From Octopus bimaculoides (Eukaryota), in the NCBI RefSeq assembly GCF_001194135.2, contig NC_068981.1, positions 174,151,386-174,215,385 of the forward strand: a stretch of DNA of 64,000 nucleotides. The letters run 5' to 3'. The notes under the pieces are model-generated. The model was given only the letters and a program-made list of their open reading frames with translations. It searched no databases and had not been told where the DNA came from. The position numbers were made by a program, and so were the translations under genes. Of this stretch, positions 38,426 through 51,612 are shown in pieces. Each line of letters opens with the position of its first letter. Positions within the stretch are counted from its first letter, which is position 1.

Positions 38426-38769
38426 ACTATACATATGTACATGCTCATGTATGTATATTCTTAGAATGCATTGACTGAACCTGTTAATATAGGAAAGAGA
38501 CTTTTCATACTTGCTTGTAATTAATACTATCGCATAAAAATTTTGCCATGATTATAAGTCTCATAAAGAAAAAGATTATTTACTTTGGATAAACCCAGAG
38601 GAGTGATCATTTGCTAGAGATCCGAGCATAATTCAGAGAAATTAAGCTGATAGACAACATATGGATTAATACCGAATACAGCAATGGATAAAGAAAGAAC
38701 CGGGGTCAGCTATTGAATATTGCAGAAATTTCGAGAGAATTTCTAATGGACGTTTGAATTGAAATTATA

Positions 38770-39026
38770 TACTCTTTTACTCTTTTACCTGTTTCAGTCA
38801 TTTGACTGCGGCCATGCTGGAGCATCGCCTTTAGTCCAATCAAATCGACCACAGGACTTATTCTTTGTAAGCCTAGTACTTATTCTATCGGTCTCTTTTG
38901 CCGAACCGCTAAGTTACGGGGACCTAAACACACAGTATCGGTTGTCAAGCGATGTTGGGGGGACAAACACAGATACACAACATATACACACGCATACATA
39001 TATACACATATATATATATATATATA
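38770..39026 (-). mobile_element. SINE family B 3' half, running into internal microsatellite and gap
   Basis: CTCTTTTACTCTTTTACCTGTTTCAGTCATTTGACTGCGGCCATGCTGGAGC...GATGTTGGGGGGACAAACAC. Confidence 0.92.
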
Positions 39027-40520
39027 NNNNNNNNNNNNNNNNNNNNNNNNNNNNNNNNNNNNNNNNNNNNNNNNNNNNNNNNNNNNNNNNNNNNNNNNNN
39101 NNNNNNNNNNNNNNNNNNNNNNNNNNNNNNNNNNNNNNNNNNNNNNNNNNNNNNNNNNNNNNNNNNNNNNNNNNNNNNNNNNNNNNNNNNNNNNNNNNNN
39201 NNNNNNNNNNNNNNNNNNNNNNNNNNNNNNNNNNNNNNNNNNNNNNNNNNNNNNNNNNNNNNNNNNNNNNNNNNNNNNNNNNNNNNNNNNNNNNNNNNNN
39301 NNNNNNNNNNNNNNNNNNNNNNNNNNNNNNNNNNNNNNNNNNNNNNNNNNNNNNNNNNNNNNNNNNNNNNNNNNNNNNNNNNNNNNNNNNNNNNNNNNNN
39401 NNNNNNNNNNNNNNNNNNNNNNNNNNNNNNNNNNNNNNNNNNNNNNNNNNNNNNNNNNNNNNNNNNNNNNNNNNNNNNNNNNNNNNNNNNNNNNNNNNNN
39501 NNNNNNNNNNNNNNNNNNNNNNNNNNNNNNNNNNNNNNNNNNNNNNNNNNNNNNNNNNNNNNNNNNNNNNNNNNNNNNNNNNNNNNNNNNNNNNNNNNNN
39601 NNNNNNNNNNNNNNNNNNNNNNNNNNNNNNNNNNNNNNNNNNNNNNNNNNNNNNNNNNNNNNNNNNNNNNNNNNNNNNNNNNNNNNNNNNNNNNNNNNNN
39701 NNNNNNNNNNNNNNNNNNNNNNNNNNNNNNNNNNNNNNNNNNNNNNNNNNNNNNNNNNNNNNNNNNNNNNNNNNNNNNNNNNNNNNNNNNNNNNNNNNNN
39801 NNNNNNNNNNNNNNNNNNNNNNNNNNNNNNNNNNNNNNNATATATGTATACGTATATATTTAGGTATATATGTATGCATGTACGTACGTATGTATATATA
39901 TTTATATACACATATGTATGTATATGTATGTAAATTTAATAACCTTAATTACCTTTCTACCTCGCTCCATTTAACTCGACCTCTTTCTTTTCATCTTCAC
40001 GTTTTCCTTGTACCTTCTCTCTTTCCAAGTACTCTTCCGAAACATGAATAAACAAGTACACATACACATAGGCTCACTCACTCACACACACTTACACCTG
40101 CACTCTTCAGTACATATTCACATTATATAAATATATTTCTGTGTGTGTATGTATGTGTCTATGCACGCGCACACACACACACGCATATGTACGTGTGTGT
40201 GTGTATGTGTGTATCGTCACACATTTACGTAATACTCTCTCCTTCACGTACACAGCCGCATATTTATCTTGCGTTTTAATAAATTTAGGGATAGCAGGTA
40301 TTAGCATTAATTTAAAGACGTTTGAATAAATATGAATTTCATGAATTTTTACAATAAATAATTAGTTGAACATAGCAACGTATAGGCTTGATGTTTATTC
40401 TCGTGTATATAATTGTACGGAGCTCGACATTAGATATACCATGTCTTGGATATTAGAATATTATGATATACTGTACACTCACACACATATCCCTCTCGTA
40501 TGGGTACATGTGTGTATGTA

Positions 40521-40595
<75 letters not shown>

Positions 40596-41639
40596 ATGTG
40601 TGTATTTATATAAGGGCATTACTACAGAATAATGCCACACACTAGACTTCCCTTATGAATTTTTTACACACTAGCTTCCTGATAAAATTCTTGTAAAAGA
40701 TTTTTATCCCATTATTGAATTAATTAAATATGTATGTATGTATGTATGCATGCATGCATGCATGTTTGTATGTATGTATGTTTGTATGTATGTATGTATG
40801 TATGCATGCATGTATGTATGTGTGTATATGTTGTTTTGTGTGTGCAGTTACTTACGTACTGTTCTTTTGCGCTCTCGGGGTTAATTTTGTCTTCAAACAA
40901 CAACGACTGATTATATTATATATAAGCATTTTTGACTGTTGCAATGCGAAGAATACATACCCAACAGCTTTCGAAAATATAAGTTTTTTTTTTTCTTAAT
41001 ATTTCTTGAAGCGGATTTTCGTATTTTTTTGTTTTTGTATATTTGTGGATATGTGGTGGTGGTGGTGATAGCAGCAGAAGAAAAAAAGAAACAAAATCTT
41101 GATTTGGTGAGTGATCATGCAAGGAGGATAGTTACATGTGATGTGATGATGAGAGAGGGACTTTTCATAATACGGTTGAAAAGATCTTATTTCATCTAAT
41201 AACATTGATTCGCCTCGTGAGTACGTCATATTTATTGGAAGTTCGAAAGGGGAATGAAAGAAAGGAAAAAATGGAGACTTTGGAAAATTTAAAAGAAATA
41301 AGGAAACTGGATAAAGCAATGTAGGGTTAAAGATCATTCATTGAGGCTTATGAAGACTGAAACTTTGTTCAAGTGGCATCGATCATTTTCAGATTGAAAA
41401 TATAATAAAAGGAAAAAAAAAAGCAATGTTAAAAGATAGATATCTTTTGTTGAAGCTTTACTCAAACATAAGGCTTGAGTTTTACAGGATATTGGTTGTA
41501 AAAGATTATTGATTTTCATGGATTTTGCAGCTGTAACTCGTGAATGAGAATGCTTCATGTACCATGTTTTCGCTAATTATTGTAGGTACCTCTGTAGTCA
41601 TGAGCAGACATAAAGACCATTTTAGTTTTCTCACTCTTG

Positions 41640-41835
41640 ATCCGACGGAACATTCAGGATATGACATTTGGAAGGAGGGAGGGCTGCCTAGCAGCCAGCT
41701 GGCACCTATTTACAGCTGAGTAGACTAGAGCAACGTGAGATGAAGTGCCCTACTCAAGGAAACAACGTACCGACCGGTCCTAGAATTGAACTGTTGACCT
41801 TAAGAACATGAGCCGAAAACCGTAATCGCTAGGCT
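41640..41835 (-). mobile_element. tRNA-derived SINE with the C/D-type core
   Basis: Minus strand: GCCTAGCGATTACGGTTTTCGGCTCATG...AGTTCAATTCTAGG...TTTCCTTGAGTAGGGCACTTCATCTCACGTTGCTCTAGTCTACTCAGCTG. Confidence 0.8.
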
Positions 41836-42199
41836 AAGTTGCCAGAATTTTTCCAGTAGTTGATAAAAAACGAGATTCCTCATTGTTAGCTATATCATAA
41901 TTTATATCCCTTAAATATGATGCTAATGCTTAAATCTCTGAGATCAAATGGCATCTCTTTACGCGTTTAGATTAATAGAAACATATGTCAATTAAAAACT
42001 TGCCGGTCCAGGGTTGTTTGTTGATTTTAGGAAACACATTGATTGGTTCTTTTTTGCTGGATGATCAGGCGGCTTAGGTTATGTATTAAGCAATAGACTT
42101 TAAGCGTTGTTATCCAGAGATTATTTGTTGGCTGTACAGCTCGGAATGTACTTTTAATCGGTTGTTGAAGGCTGTTTCTTCCTATATAGTACCGTCTTT

Positions 42200-42620
42200 G
42201 GATCTGAGAATCATTGACATGATAAGAATATTGACTGCTTGAAAAATCTGTTATATGATGCATGTAAACTGCTTTCTAGATTTCAAATGCTTTAGTCTGC
42301 CACAAATTGTTCTTTGTCGCATGTATTCCTTTCTGAAGTTGCAGCCTTTGTTTACTGGCGAGTTTTCCTTTTGCCCTTATAGTAAATATTATGTTAATAA
42401 GCATGAAATACTGCTCTTTTTTTGTCAGTCAGCTGGTTAACATTGAGTATTGTTCCCGTCAAGCCAGCCTAGGTATTTCATTGCTACCAAGCCCAATGAC
42501 TACTGTCAAGTTGTGGATCTGTCTGTATCTAGAGCACATATTTCCTTTCACCATTTCCACAGTGCTTCAAGCTGAAGAGGGAAATTTTATGACCTAGGCA
42601 CCATTGAAATTGCTCTGCCT
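42200..42620 (-). mobile_element. very degenerate RLE-LINE RT remnant
   Basis: Broken translation GKLASKQRLQLQKGIHATKNNLWQTKAFEI resembles EQ.G.KKG..G...L...W.D.KKAFDS of R4-type RT domains 1-3. Confidence 0.28.
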
Positions 42621-42815
42621 GCTGTCTTTTCTGGTGACATCGTTTTTGCAGTTGACGTCGCTTTAGAAAGCGTTGAATTACTATGTTATATAGTTATGGG
42701 TAGCGATCCAACCAGCAATCGTCAGTTCATCTCATATGACATCACAGATGCTGCCAGGAACCTTTGTATAGGTTTGCTTTTCGGTACGGTATATTATTGA
42801 ATATTAAGTGAGTTT

Positions 42816-42895
42816 CATTTAGCTAGGAATAAAGCTCCATTTTAGCTAGGAATAAAGCTCCATTTTAGCTAGGAATAAAGCTCCATTTTAGCTAG
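42816..42895. repeat. 23-bp minisatellite (TTTTAGCTAGGAATAAAGCTCCA) x3.4
   Basis: Near-perfect tandem copies visible. Confidence 0.95.
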
Positions 42896-43739
42896 ATCTC
42901 TCCATACTCTGCTTTCCCATTGTGCCATTCCCAGTATTCGAATCTTCGTCAACTACCATTGAGGCTATCCAGAAAAATAATTTTGTCTTGTCTTGATATT
43001 TTGGACAGGACTCAGACGTAGCGTATAATTTTTGTTAACAAAGCGATGCATAGGCGCTGATTCTGTCGCATATCTGTTATATCGGTTAGAGGCATCAAGT
43101 TATAACCATTGGTTGAAATTGATATTATTTAATAATATTAATTTCTACTCTNNNNNNNNNNNNNNNNNNNNNNNNNNNNNNNNNNNNNNNNNNNNNNNNN
43201 NNNNNNNNNNNNNNNNNNNNNNNNNNNNNNNNNNNNNNNNNNNNNNNNNNNNNNNNNNNNNNNNNNNNNNNNNNNNNNNNNNNNNNNNNNNNNNNNNNNN
43301 NNNNNNNNNNNNNNNNNNNNNNNNNNNNNNNNNNNNNNNNNNNNNNNNNNNNNNNNNNNNNNNNNNNNNNNNNNNNNNNNNNNNNNNNNNNNNNNNNNNN
43401 NNNNNNNNNNNNNNNNNNNNNNNNNNNNNNNNNNNNNNNNNNNNNNNNNNNNNNNNNNNNNNNNNNNNNNNNNNNNNNNNNNNNNNNNNNNNNNNNNNNN
43501 NNNNNNNNNNNNNNNNNNNNNNNNNNNNNNNNNNNNNNNNNNNNNNNNNNNNNNNNNNNNNNNNNNNNNNNNNNNNNNNNNNNNNNNNNNNNNNNNNNNN
43601 NNNNNNNNNNNNNNNNNNNNNNNNNNNNNNNNNNNNNNNNNNNNNNNNNNNNNNNNNNNNNNNNNNNNNNNNNNNNNNNNNNNNNNNNNNNNNNNNNNNN
43701 NNNNNNNNNNNNNNNNNNNNNNNNNNNNNNNNNNNNNNN

Positions 43740-43958
43740 TATATATATATATATATATATATCTGTATGTTTGTGTTGTCCCCACCACCAGTTTGACAAC
43801 TGGTGTTGGTTTGTTTACTCAGCAGTTTGGCAAAATAGACCGATAGAATAAGTACCGGGCTTAAAAAAATAAGTACTTGGATCGAATTGTTCGACTAAAT
43901 CCTTCGTGGTGGTACCCCAGTATGGCCGCGCTCTAATGACTGAAAGAAGTAAGAGACA
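43740..43958 (+). mobile_element. SINE family B 3' half
   Basis: After the gap and (TA)n: TTTGACAACTGGTGTTGG...ACCGATAGAATAAGTACC...CCCCAGTATGGCCGC...TGACTGAAAGAAGTAAGAG. Confidence 0.87.
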
Positions 43959-44374
43959 AAAGTTTTCACGTGTTCATTGCTTGCTGGATGTGTTGGTGCT
44001 GTTTACGTTTTGTTTCTTCCTGAATGTCCGATATGTTCACTATTTTGCGTATTCTGATTGTATTTGATATTTTTAAACAAGAATAAATTCTCTATTAAGA
44101 ACACTCCAAATAACATCTCCTTTGGAGGAATTCATTTAACAGCGTTGGTTTAACGGAACGAAAACAGACTTCTGGCGTAAAGACAAACCACACACCAAGC
44201 TTTGGCTTACAGTGGGTATTGTGTGTCATTGAATGAGAATAACATTCAAGGAACTCAAGCTAAGATGTGTGATAGGTGCAGATGTATGCGACTTAGAATA
44301 AACTTGGGAAGGTTTGTTTAGAGCTGTCTGTGTCTGTATATGTGTGTATGTGTGTGAGGCTAAGTACGTATGTA

Positions 44375-44408
<34 letters not shown>

Positions 44409-45002
44409 CATGCGTGGATGACTACACACATACACACACACGGGTGGTGGTGTATGTGAGCGGAATGTAGATGTGAGGGATGCGTGCGTATGAGTCTATT
44501 ATTTATATGAGTGTGTGCCTAAGGTTACGTATGTATTTGTATGCATATATTTATATGTATATATGTGTGTATGTGAAGTGAGTAGAATATGAATGTCAGT
44601 GCATGTATATGTTCGTTCAGTATGTATGTGTGAGTATGTGGATGGCAGAGAGAAAGTGAGATAATCTAGTGTCTAGAACGCTTGGTATGTGAGTGCAGTG
44701 TATGAAATAAGCCTCAGATAGTTACCATGNNNNNNNNNNNNNNNNNNNNNNNNNNNNNNNNNNNNNNNNNNNNNNNNNNNNNNNNNNNNNNNNNNNNNNN
44801 NNNNNNNNNNNNNNNNNNNNNNNNNNNNNNNNNNNNNNNNNNNNNNNNNNNNNNNNNNNNNNNNNNNNNNNNNNNNNNNNNNNNNNNNNNNNNNNNNNNN
44901 NNNNNNNNNNNNNNNNNNNNNNNNNNNNNNNNNNNNNNNNNNNNNNNNNNNNNNNNNNNNNNNNNNNNNNNNNNNNNNNNNNNNNNNNNNNNNNNNNNNN
45001 NN

Positions 45003-45061
<59 letters not shown>

Positions 45062-45137
45062 ACATACATATATGTAAACTTACGTAGTAGACGTATAAAC
45101 AGAATTTAATTATTTCTCTGTAGATTGAAAACAAAAT

Positions 45138-45192
45138 GACGAACAACCTCAAACGATTTTCGAACCTTATTGGATTCTCATCAGTGGTGTCT
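45138..45192 (-). ncRNA. degenerate hammerhead-ribozyme-like motif
   Basis: Minus strand CTGATGA-GAATC-CAATAA-GGTTC-GAAA...TTCGTC: intact core with a 5-bp helix II; helices I and III imperfect. Confidence 0.45.
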
Positions 45193-45316
45193 GCGCCATT
45201 TGACCAATCCTAAAGAAACAAGTAGCCAGTCTGTTGTTTATACTCTGTGTGTTGCGCGTGTATGTTTCTACTCTGAATATGTGTATAAAATGTGTGCGTA
45301 TGTCTTCACAAGACTA

Positions 45317-45534
45317 TAAGGCGGTGAGCTGGCAGAATCGTTGGCACTCCAAGCAAAATACTTAGTGGCATTTCGTCCGTCTTTAAGTTCTCAGTTCAAA
45401 TTCCATCGATGTCGACTTTACCTTTCATCCTTTCGGGGATCGATAAAATAATTACAAGTTGAGCACTGGGGTCGATGTAATCAATTTACCCCTTCCACCG
45501 AAATTGCTGGCCTTGTGTCAAAATTTGAAAAACC
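45317..45534 (+). mobile_element. SINE family A, full length
   Basis: TAAGGCGGTGAGCTGGCAGAATCG...CAGTTCAAATTCC...CCTTTCATCCTTTCGGGGATCGATAAAAT...CTGGGGTCGATGTAATC...GGCCTTGTGTCAAAATTTGAAA. Confidence 0.92.
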
Positions 45535-45989
45535 AATATTACTACTTGAGTGGTACTTTTTGCATCGACTCCGGAAAGATGAGCGCTTGTAACTGTAAAA
45601 TTGAAATGCAAAAATTCCTGACTTCATTAGGATTTGAACTCAAACATAAATAAACGTCACTAAATACTGCGAAAATCGTAATATGTCTCATCACCGTTTC
45701 AGCCATTCGACATTCTGTTATGATTAGTAAATCATTTCTAGCGTAGGTGCGCGGTTACAATTTTGAGGGAGGGGTTAATACATTAAATTGATTCCAGTAC
45801 TTTGTTTTATAGACAGATGAACTGTAATACTGACGATGGCGGTATTTGAACATAGAACACGAGGAGAAATAGCTAAATATTGCAGGACAACCTACCCTCT
45901 TCCTTACATGATCAACTAATAACAGTTTAATAATGATTTTCTATCCTTAGTGCAAATTTCAGATTTTTGGAGAAGGGGCAGCGACTTTC

Positions 45990-46071
45990 AGTGTTTTGCT
46001 GGAACACTTTTAGTGTTTTGCTGGAGCACTTTTAGTGTTTTGCTGAAGTACTTTTAGTGTTTTCTTGGAAC
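45990..46071. repeat. 22-bp minisatellite (AGTGTTTTGCTGGARCACTTTT) x3.7
   Basis: Tandem copies visible with progressive divergence. Confidence 0.92.
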
Positions 46072-46214
46072 TTAATGTAACTATCTCCGGAAAGATGGAA
46101 GGTTATACCGGTGGGATTTCACCTCAAAACATAAGGACAAAAACTGCACGTATTTTGTTTGCCATCTGCAGATTCTAACTATTTCGTGTCTTCATTATAC
46201 ATTTGAACGCTTTA

Positions 46215-46410
46215 AAATTAGACACAAGTCTGGCAATTTTGCAGAAAGGAGGTTAGTCGAAACCACTAATACCACTATTTGAATAGTAACATTTCATCGA
46301 CACCCGGAAGGATGAAAGGCAAAGTTGACCTCGACAGGAATTGAACTCAGAATGGAAAATAACTAACTAAATACCACAAGGTATTTTTTCAGATGCCCTA
46401 ACAGTCATAC
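46215..46410 (-). mobile_element. SINE family A, degenerate
   Basis: GGAAGGATGAAAGGCAAAGTTGACCTCGACAGGAATTGAACTCAGAA; further older minus-strand pieces at 45545-45700 and 45730-45880. Confidence 0.75.
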
Positions 46411-46490
46411 CAATACAGCAGTCATTTTTAGATGATTAATTATTTGCTAAGCTGAAGTAGCGGCAAGTAATCTCAGTCTCTACTGATGCT

Positions 46491-46555
46491 GACCCTGGAC
46501 AGGTGTATCTAGTGTGGGCCCCTAGCCAGGGTTACGGATACCCCATAATGGGTAA
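46491..46555 (+). other. pseudoknotted structured motif, possibly a LINE 5'UTR ribozyme relic
   Basis: GACCCTGG/CCAGGGTT, GTATC/GATAC and TAG/CTA pairings occur in HDV-like order; the catalytic consensus is not recognisable. Confidence 0.22.
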
Positions 46556-47449
46556 AAAAAACCTTACTGCCTTATCTCACAAAGGCTAGAGAGCAACCCT
46601 TACAATAAATCTGGAGCAGAACGCTTAAGGTAGTCTAGTGTTCAACTCATTATTCGTCTGGCAACTTCTGCTGTCAAACTGATGTCAAAATGTAGTGCTC
46701 TTCACTCCTGAGGACTTATCCTGCGAGGTCGAGAGGGATATTCTGGCGTCTGAACAGTCTGGGATATCAATTTAGCCAGCCTAGGATTCGGGTTTGAACA
46801 AGTCACCTCAGCGTCATTGTGAAAATCTACAGGAACAACATGGAAGGTGGTTACCTCACCCATGTTGGGTTGAAGCTCGTATCTTATTTCATATTGGTAC
46901 AAGAGTCCACCCATCCATCCATCTCTGCCCACTATTCTTGGGAGGGTCGTGGTAGGTAGAGTGCTTAGGAACCTCCTCGATAGGATCCTATCAGAAGCAA
47001 CTGTTGTTAGACAAAAGTCCATTCTATCTCAAAACAGACCTATGACAAAAACTCGAATAATGCGAGATATTCTAAATACAACACCTTTTTAAAAAAAGTT
47101 TTATTTATGTTGGAAAATATCAGTAACAAAGAAAAAAGAAATTTTTTTTTAAATGCAAAAGAAATTTCATTACTTTATGTCCGTAAGATATTTTATGAAT
47201 TTATTTTATTCTTAAACATATTTTTTATTTAAGATTAAAAAAATTTTTCTTCTCTCAAGTATGCTACTTATTGAAAATAAAATTATTTCTTATTAAATTT
47301 TGGCCAATCGATAAAATAAGCTGCGAAAAAGAAAAAAAAACCCATAAATAATTTGCAATATTGCATACATACATACATGCATACATACATACATACATAC
47401 ATACATACATACATACATACATACATACATACATACATACACGTATAGA

Positions 47450-47760
47450 AGAAAACAGCTACAGAGAAAATTGACTATATTGAGACCGATCGGTCAAAAG
47501 AATGTTGGTGGAACTCAGAAATTAAACTAGTCAACCGATTGGAACACAACTAGCCAGATACTGTTGTGTGGGACCACAAGGATAAGATATGTTCTGCTGT
47601 GGAAATCAGCTGCCCTCTGGACGCTATCGTAGTTAGAAAAATACTGGACTATTGAGTTTGCAAATCCAGTACTCAAGATGCACTTTCAGCTTCATACCTA
47701 TTATTATTGGAGCAACAGGGTACATACCGACTATTCTGGAGCAAAGTATGGCTGAATTTG
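47450..47760 (+). mobile_element. RLE LINE family 2, endonuclease fragment
   Basis: ECWWNSEIKLVNRLEHN*PDTVVWDHKDKICSAVEISCPLD...FSFIPIIIGATGYIPTILEQSMAEFG: RLE PD...E motif, homologous to 9490-9870 and 35895-36070. Confidence 0.7.
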
Positions 47761-47764
47761 GGAT

Positions 47765-47987
47765 CTTGGCAAAAAAACGTAAAGTGGATGAAGTTGAAAG
47801 AAGATGCAAGGAGATTTTTTGCATCTAATAAACATGGAATTGATGTTCTGGCACAGCGATGGTAAACAGACAATAGAATATGATGGTATATATTTTGGTA
47901 AGTTAGCACTTTTCTTATGTAATTTATTTGAATGGTTAATTAAAATTTGAAATATCAAAAAGCTTTTGACTCAGTCTGGGGGACATA

Positions 47988-47990
<3 letters not shown>
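47765..47990 (+). mobile_element. mariner 3' end remnant
   Basis: VDEVERRCKEIFAS-NKHGIDVLAQRW*TDNRI resembles the mariner C-terminus (FF.SK....GI..L..RW..VI). Confidence 0.5.
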
Positions 47991-48020
<30 letters not shown>

Positions 48021-48399
48021 TATATATACACAATTAAATGTGTATACCATTTAATGCATACCGTATTAAAGTAAGAGGTTCCTATAGTTTCTTGCCATAG
48101 AGACACGTTGTTAGACAGATTTTTATAACGTGCCTTGTGTTTCCAGACAATCTTTTGGCTCTGGGGTCATGGCTTGTTCTATCCGAAAGATAAAACGAAT
48201 CAAGGTACATTAGAAAAATCTACCTTACCACATGTCTTTATCGCAAGAAACTGCTTGTAGCTCTTATTTTAATACAGTATACATTAAAAGATATTTATCT
48301 CTCACTTGATGAAGTATATTTTTGTTGATCCTACCTTAACGGAACAGTAAACTATGCATATGCAACAGAAAATTCCGTGACAAATTACTGCCTGGGTGG

Positions 48400-48420
48400 A
48401 AGTAGTAGTAGTAGTGGCAA

Positions 48421-48464
<44 letters not shown>

Positions 48465-48465
48465 A

Positions 48466-48497
<32 letters not shown>

Positions 48498-48500
48498 ACA
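48400..48500. repeat. (TAG)n microsatellite
   Basis: Directly visible. Confidence 0.97.
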
Positions 48501-48927
48501 ACAGCAGGTGCTGTTGCTTTAAGGATTATATTTTTCATGAAGACACACTTACGCAAGCACGCGCACGCACACACACACACACAAACACACACGTGCGCGT
48601 GCACACACATTTGGTAGCACAGACAAAAGAAATAGAACTCAAAATATGAGTGTGTATATTTTTTATTTTTGAGCGGTAGAAGCTACAAAGTAACTCAAAG
48701 GCCGAAAGCTTCTTTCATTTAACGCTAACGTCCTTTACAAGGGGTTCCTAGATGCTGTTTCTGATGTGGGTGGATATGAGTTACTATGGCTTTAGAGTGA
48801 GACTGAGCGTCAATGAAAAACTCTGTCTAGTCTTTCTTGGAGGGCTTTCATGTCGGAGATAATGGAAAATTCCCAAATTGACTTGGCTTGGTATTGCAAC
48901 AGGGGAAATTTAGCTTTCTCTTTTTTT

Positions 48928-49103
48928 TTTTTACTTTTTTCAGTCATTTGACTGCGGCCATGCTGGAGCACCGCCTTTAGTCGAGCAAATCGACCCCAGG
49001 ACTTATGCTTTGTAAGCCTAGTACTTATTCTATCGGTCTCTTTTGCTGAACCGCTAAGTTACGGGGTCGTAAGCACATCACCATCGGTTGTCAAGCAAAG
49101 TTG

Positions 49104-49175
<72 letters not shown>

Positions 49176-49338
49176 CGACGGGCTTCTTTCAGTTTCCGTC
49201 TACCAAATCCACTCACAAGGCTTTGGTCAGCCCAAGGCTATAGTAGAAGACACTTGCCCAAGGTGGCACGCAGTGGGACTGAACTCGGAACCATGTGGTT
49301 GGTAAGCAAGCTACTTACCACACAACCACTCCTGCACC
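48928..49338 (-). mobile_element. SINE family B, full length with internal (TG)n
   Basis: Complete head (AGGTGCAGGAGTGGTTGTGTGGTAAG...GAGTTCAGTCCC), core, internal (CA)n at 49106-49168 and tail. Confidence 0.95.
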
Positions 49339-49874
49339 TGCCGGGTGACAAAATCACTCTACACTCGTTCAGAAAATGCAGTATATTTTTGCAATAATAA
49401 TACTCGCTTCGACGACGCCGAGTATTACTGTAAAGTGTAGGATAAAAATCCCTTGGGCTGTTTAGTTATGTTCATATGCGTTCTCATCTCATATCCCCTA
49501 CAAAGTTAACCTTCGTCTACATCCTCCCAGGTGATATAAAAATGCTGAAAATCGAATCAATATAGAATAGATTCCATAAATTTCCTCTCTCTCTGTCCGT
49601 ACACAATTTATGGTAGCCCGTACCAATGTACGACATCGTTACTAAATTCCGTCTCTGTAGAATCTGGTTACGAACAAGCAAGTAAAGGAATCTTTATATG
49701 GTCGTTCGACCTACTAGCAATAGCAGTCGAATTGTCTTCAAATCACTCTATCGTCTCAGGTTGGTAGGCGGCACTCTGGGTAATGTCCTCTCATTAAAAT
49801 AAAAGAGAAGAGATAATCATGGAATTTCTTTGATCATAAATTTTGTTCGCTCGGTCAGAGTTGAACTAGGGCTA

Positions 49875-50000
49875 AACACCACCACCACCACCACCACCAC
49901 CACCACCAACAATAACAACAACAGCAGCAGCAGCAGCAACAGCAACAACAGCAGTAACAATTACAACAGCAATTACAACAACAACACCACCAACAATAAC
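49875..50000. repeat. (ACC)n/(AAC)n/(AGC)n triplet repeats
   Basis: Directly visible; a further (ACC)n/(ACT)n tract lies at 51131-51221. Confidence 0.95.
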
Positions 50001-51157
50001 CTGAGTACAAACACTGCTACGGATTACACTGCTTGTCCTCTCACAGAGGCTTGTAGAATAACAAATAGCTACACACTGGTGTTTATTCAATCCACTATCC
50101 TTCCAATACTATCAAAAAAAAAAAAAAAAAAAANNNNNNNNNNNNNNNNNNNNNNNNNNNNNNNNNNNNNNNNNNNNNNNNNNNNNNNNNNNNNNNNNNN
50201 NNNNNNNNNNNNNNNNNNNNNNNNNNNNNNNNNNNNNNNNNNNNNNNNNNNNNNNNNNNNNNNNNNNNNNNNNNNNNNNNNNNNNNNNNNNNNNNNNNNN
50301 NNNNNNNNNNNNNNNNNNNNNNNNNNNNNNNNNNNNNNNNNNNNNNNNNNNNNNNNNNNNNNNNNNNNNNNNNNNNNNNNNNNNNNNNNNNNNNNNNNNN
50401 NNNNNNNNNNNNNNNNNNNNNNNNNNNNNNNNNNNNNNNNNNNNNNNNNNNNNNNNNNNNNNNNNNNNNNNNNNNNNNNNNNNNNNNNNNNNNNNNNNNN
50501 NNNNNNNNNNNNNNNNNNNNNNNNNNNNNNNNNNNNNNNNNNNNNNNNNNNNNNNNNNNNNNNNNNNNNNNNNNNNNNNNNNNNNNNNNNNNNNNNNNNN
50601 NNNNNNNNNNNNNNNNNNNNNNNNNNNNNNNNNNNNNNNNNNNNNNNNNNNNNNNNNNNNNNNNNNNNNNNNNNNNNNNNNNNNNNNNNNNNNNNNNNNN
50701 NNNNNNNNNNNNNNNNNNNNNNNNNNNNNNNNNNNNNNNNNNNNNNNNNNNNNNNNNNNNNNNNNNNNNNNNNNNNNNNNNNNNNNNNNNNNNNNNNNNN
50801 NNNNNNNNNNNNNNNNNNNNNNNNNNNNNNNNNNNNNNNNNNNNNNNNNNNNNNNNNNNNNNNNNNNNNNNNNNNNNNNNNNNNNNNNNNNNNNNNNNNN
50901 NNNNNNNNNNNNNNNNNNNNNNNNNNNNNNNNNNNNNNNNNNNNNNNNNNNNNNNNNNNNNNNNNNNNNNNNNNNNNNNNNNNNNNNNNNNNNNNNNNNN
51001 NNNNNNNNNNNNNNNNNNNNNNNNNNNNNNNNNNNNNNNNNNNNNNNNNNNNNNNNNNNNNNNNNNNNNNNNNNNNNNNNNNNNNNNNNNNNNNNNNNNN
51101 NNNNNNNNNNNNNNNNNNNNNNNNNNNNNNACCACCACCACCACCATCACCACCACC

Positions 51158-51221
<64 letters not shown>

Positions 51222-51355
51222 AATTTGAAATGACAACCATTTCTAATATAGGCACAAGATCACACATTTGGGAGGAAGGGTTTTGTTAATACTATCGATA
51301 CCAGCTACTTTATTTTATCGACACCGGAGGAACGATAGACAAGTTGATTTCGATA

Positions 51356-51612
51356 AGATTCCATATTCTCTCCAAAGAACAGTTAAAGGAATTTCTCGAT
51401 GATGTGTATTCCAGTGATATAGGCAGGCAAGAAAGCAGGCCAAACTGGTGTTGCTCATACTGATTCATAAGTTAGGACTGTGATATAAGGGATGATGCAA
51501 GACTATGGCCAGTGGGGAGGACATTGGGGATGTCGTCATCTCTCGACTCTTTTTCATTCTTCTTTCATGTTATGGATAGATGGCGGGCACCAAAGTGACA
51601 CAGAATGATATG
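51356..51612 (+). repeat. 257-bp inverted repeat, left arm
   Basis: Reverse complement of 53250-53506; about 17 mismatches by manual count (~93%), no indels seen. Confidence 0.93.
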
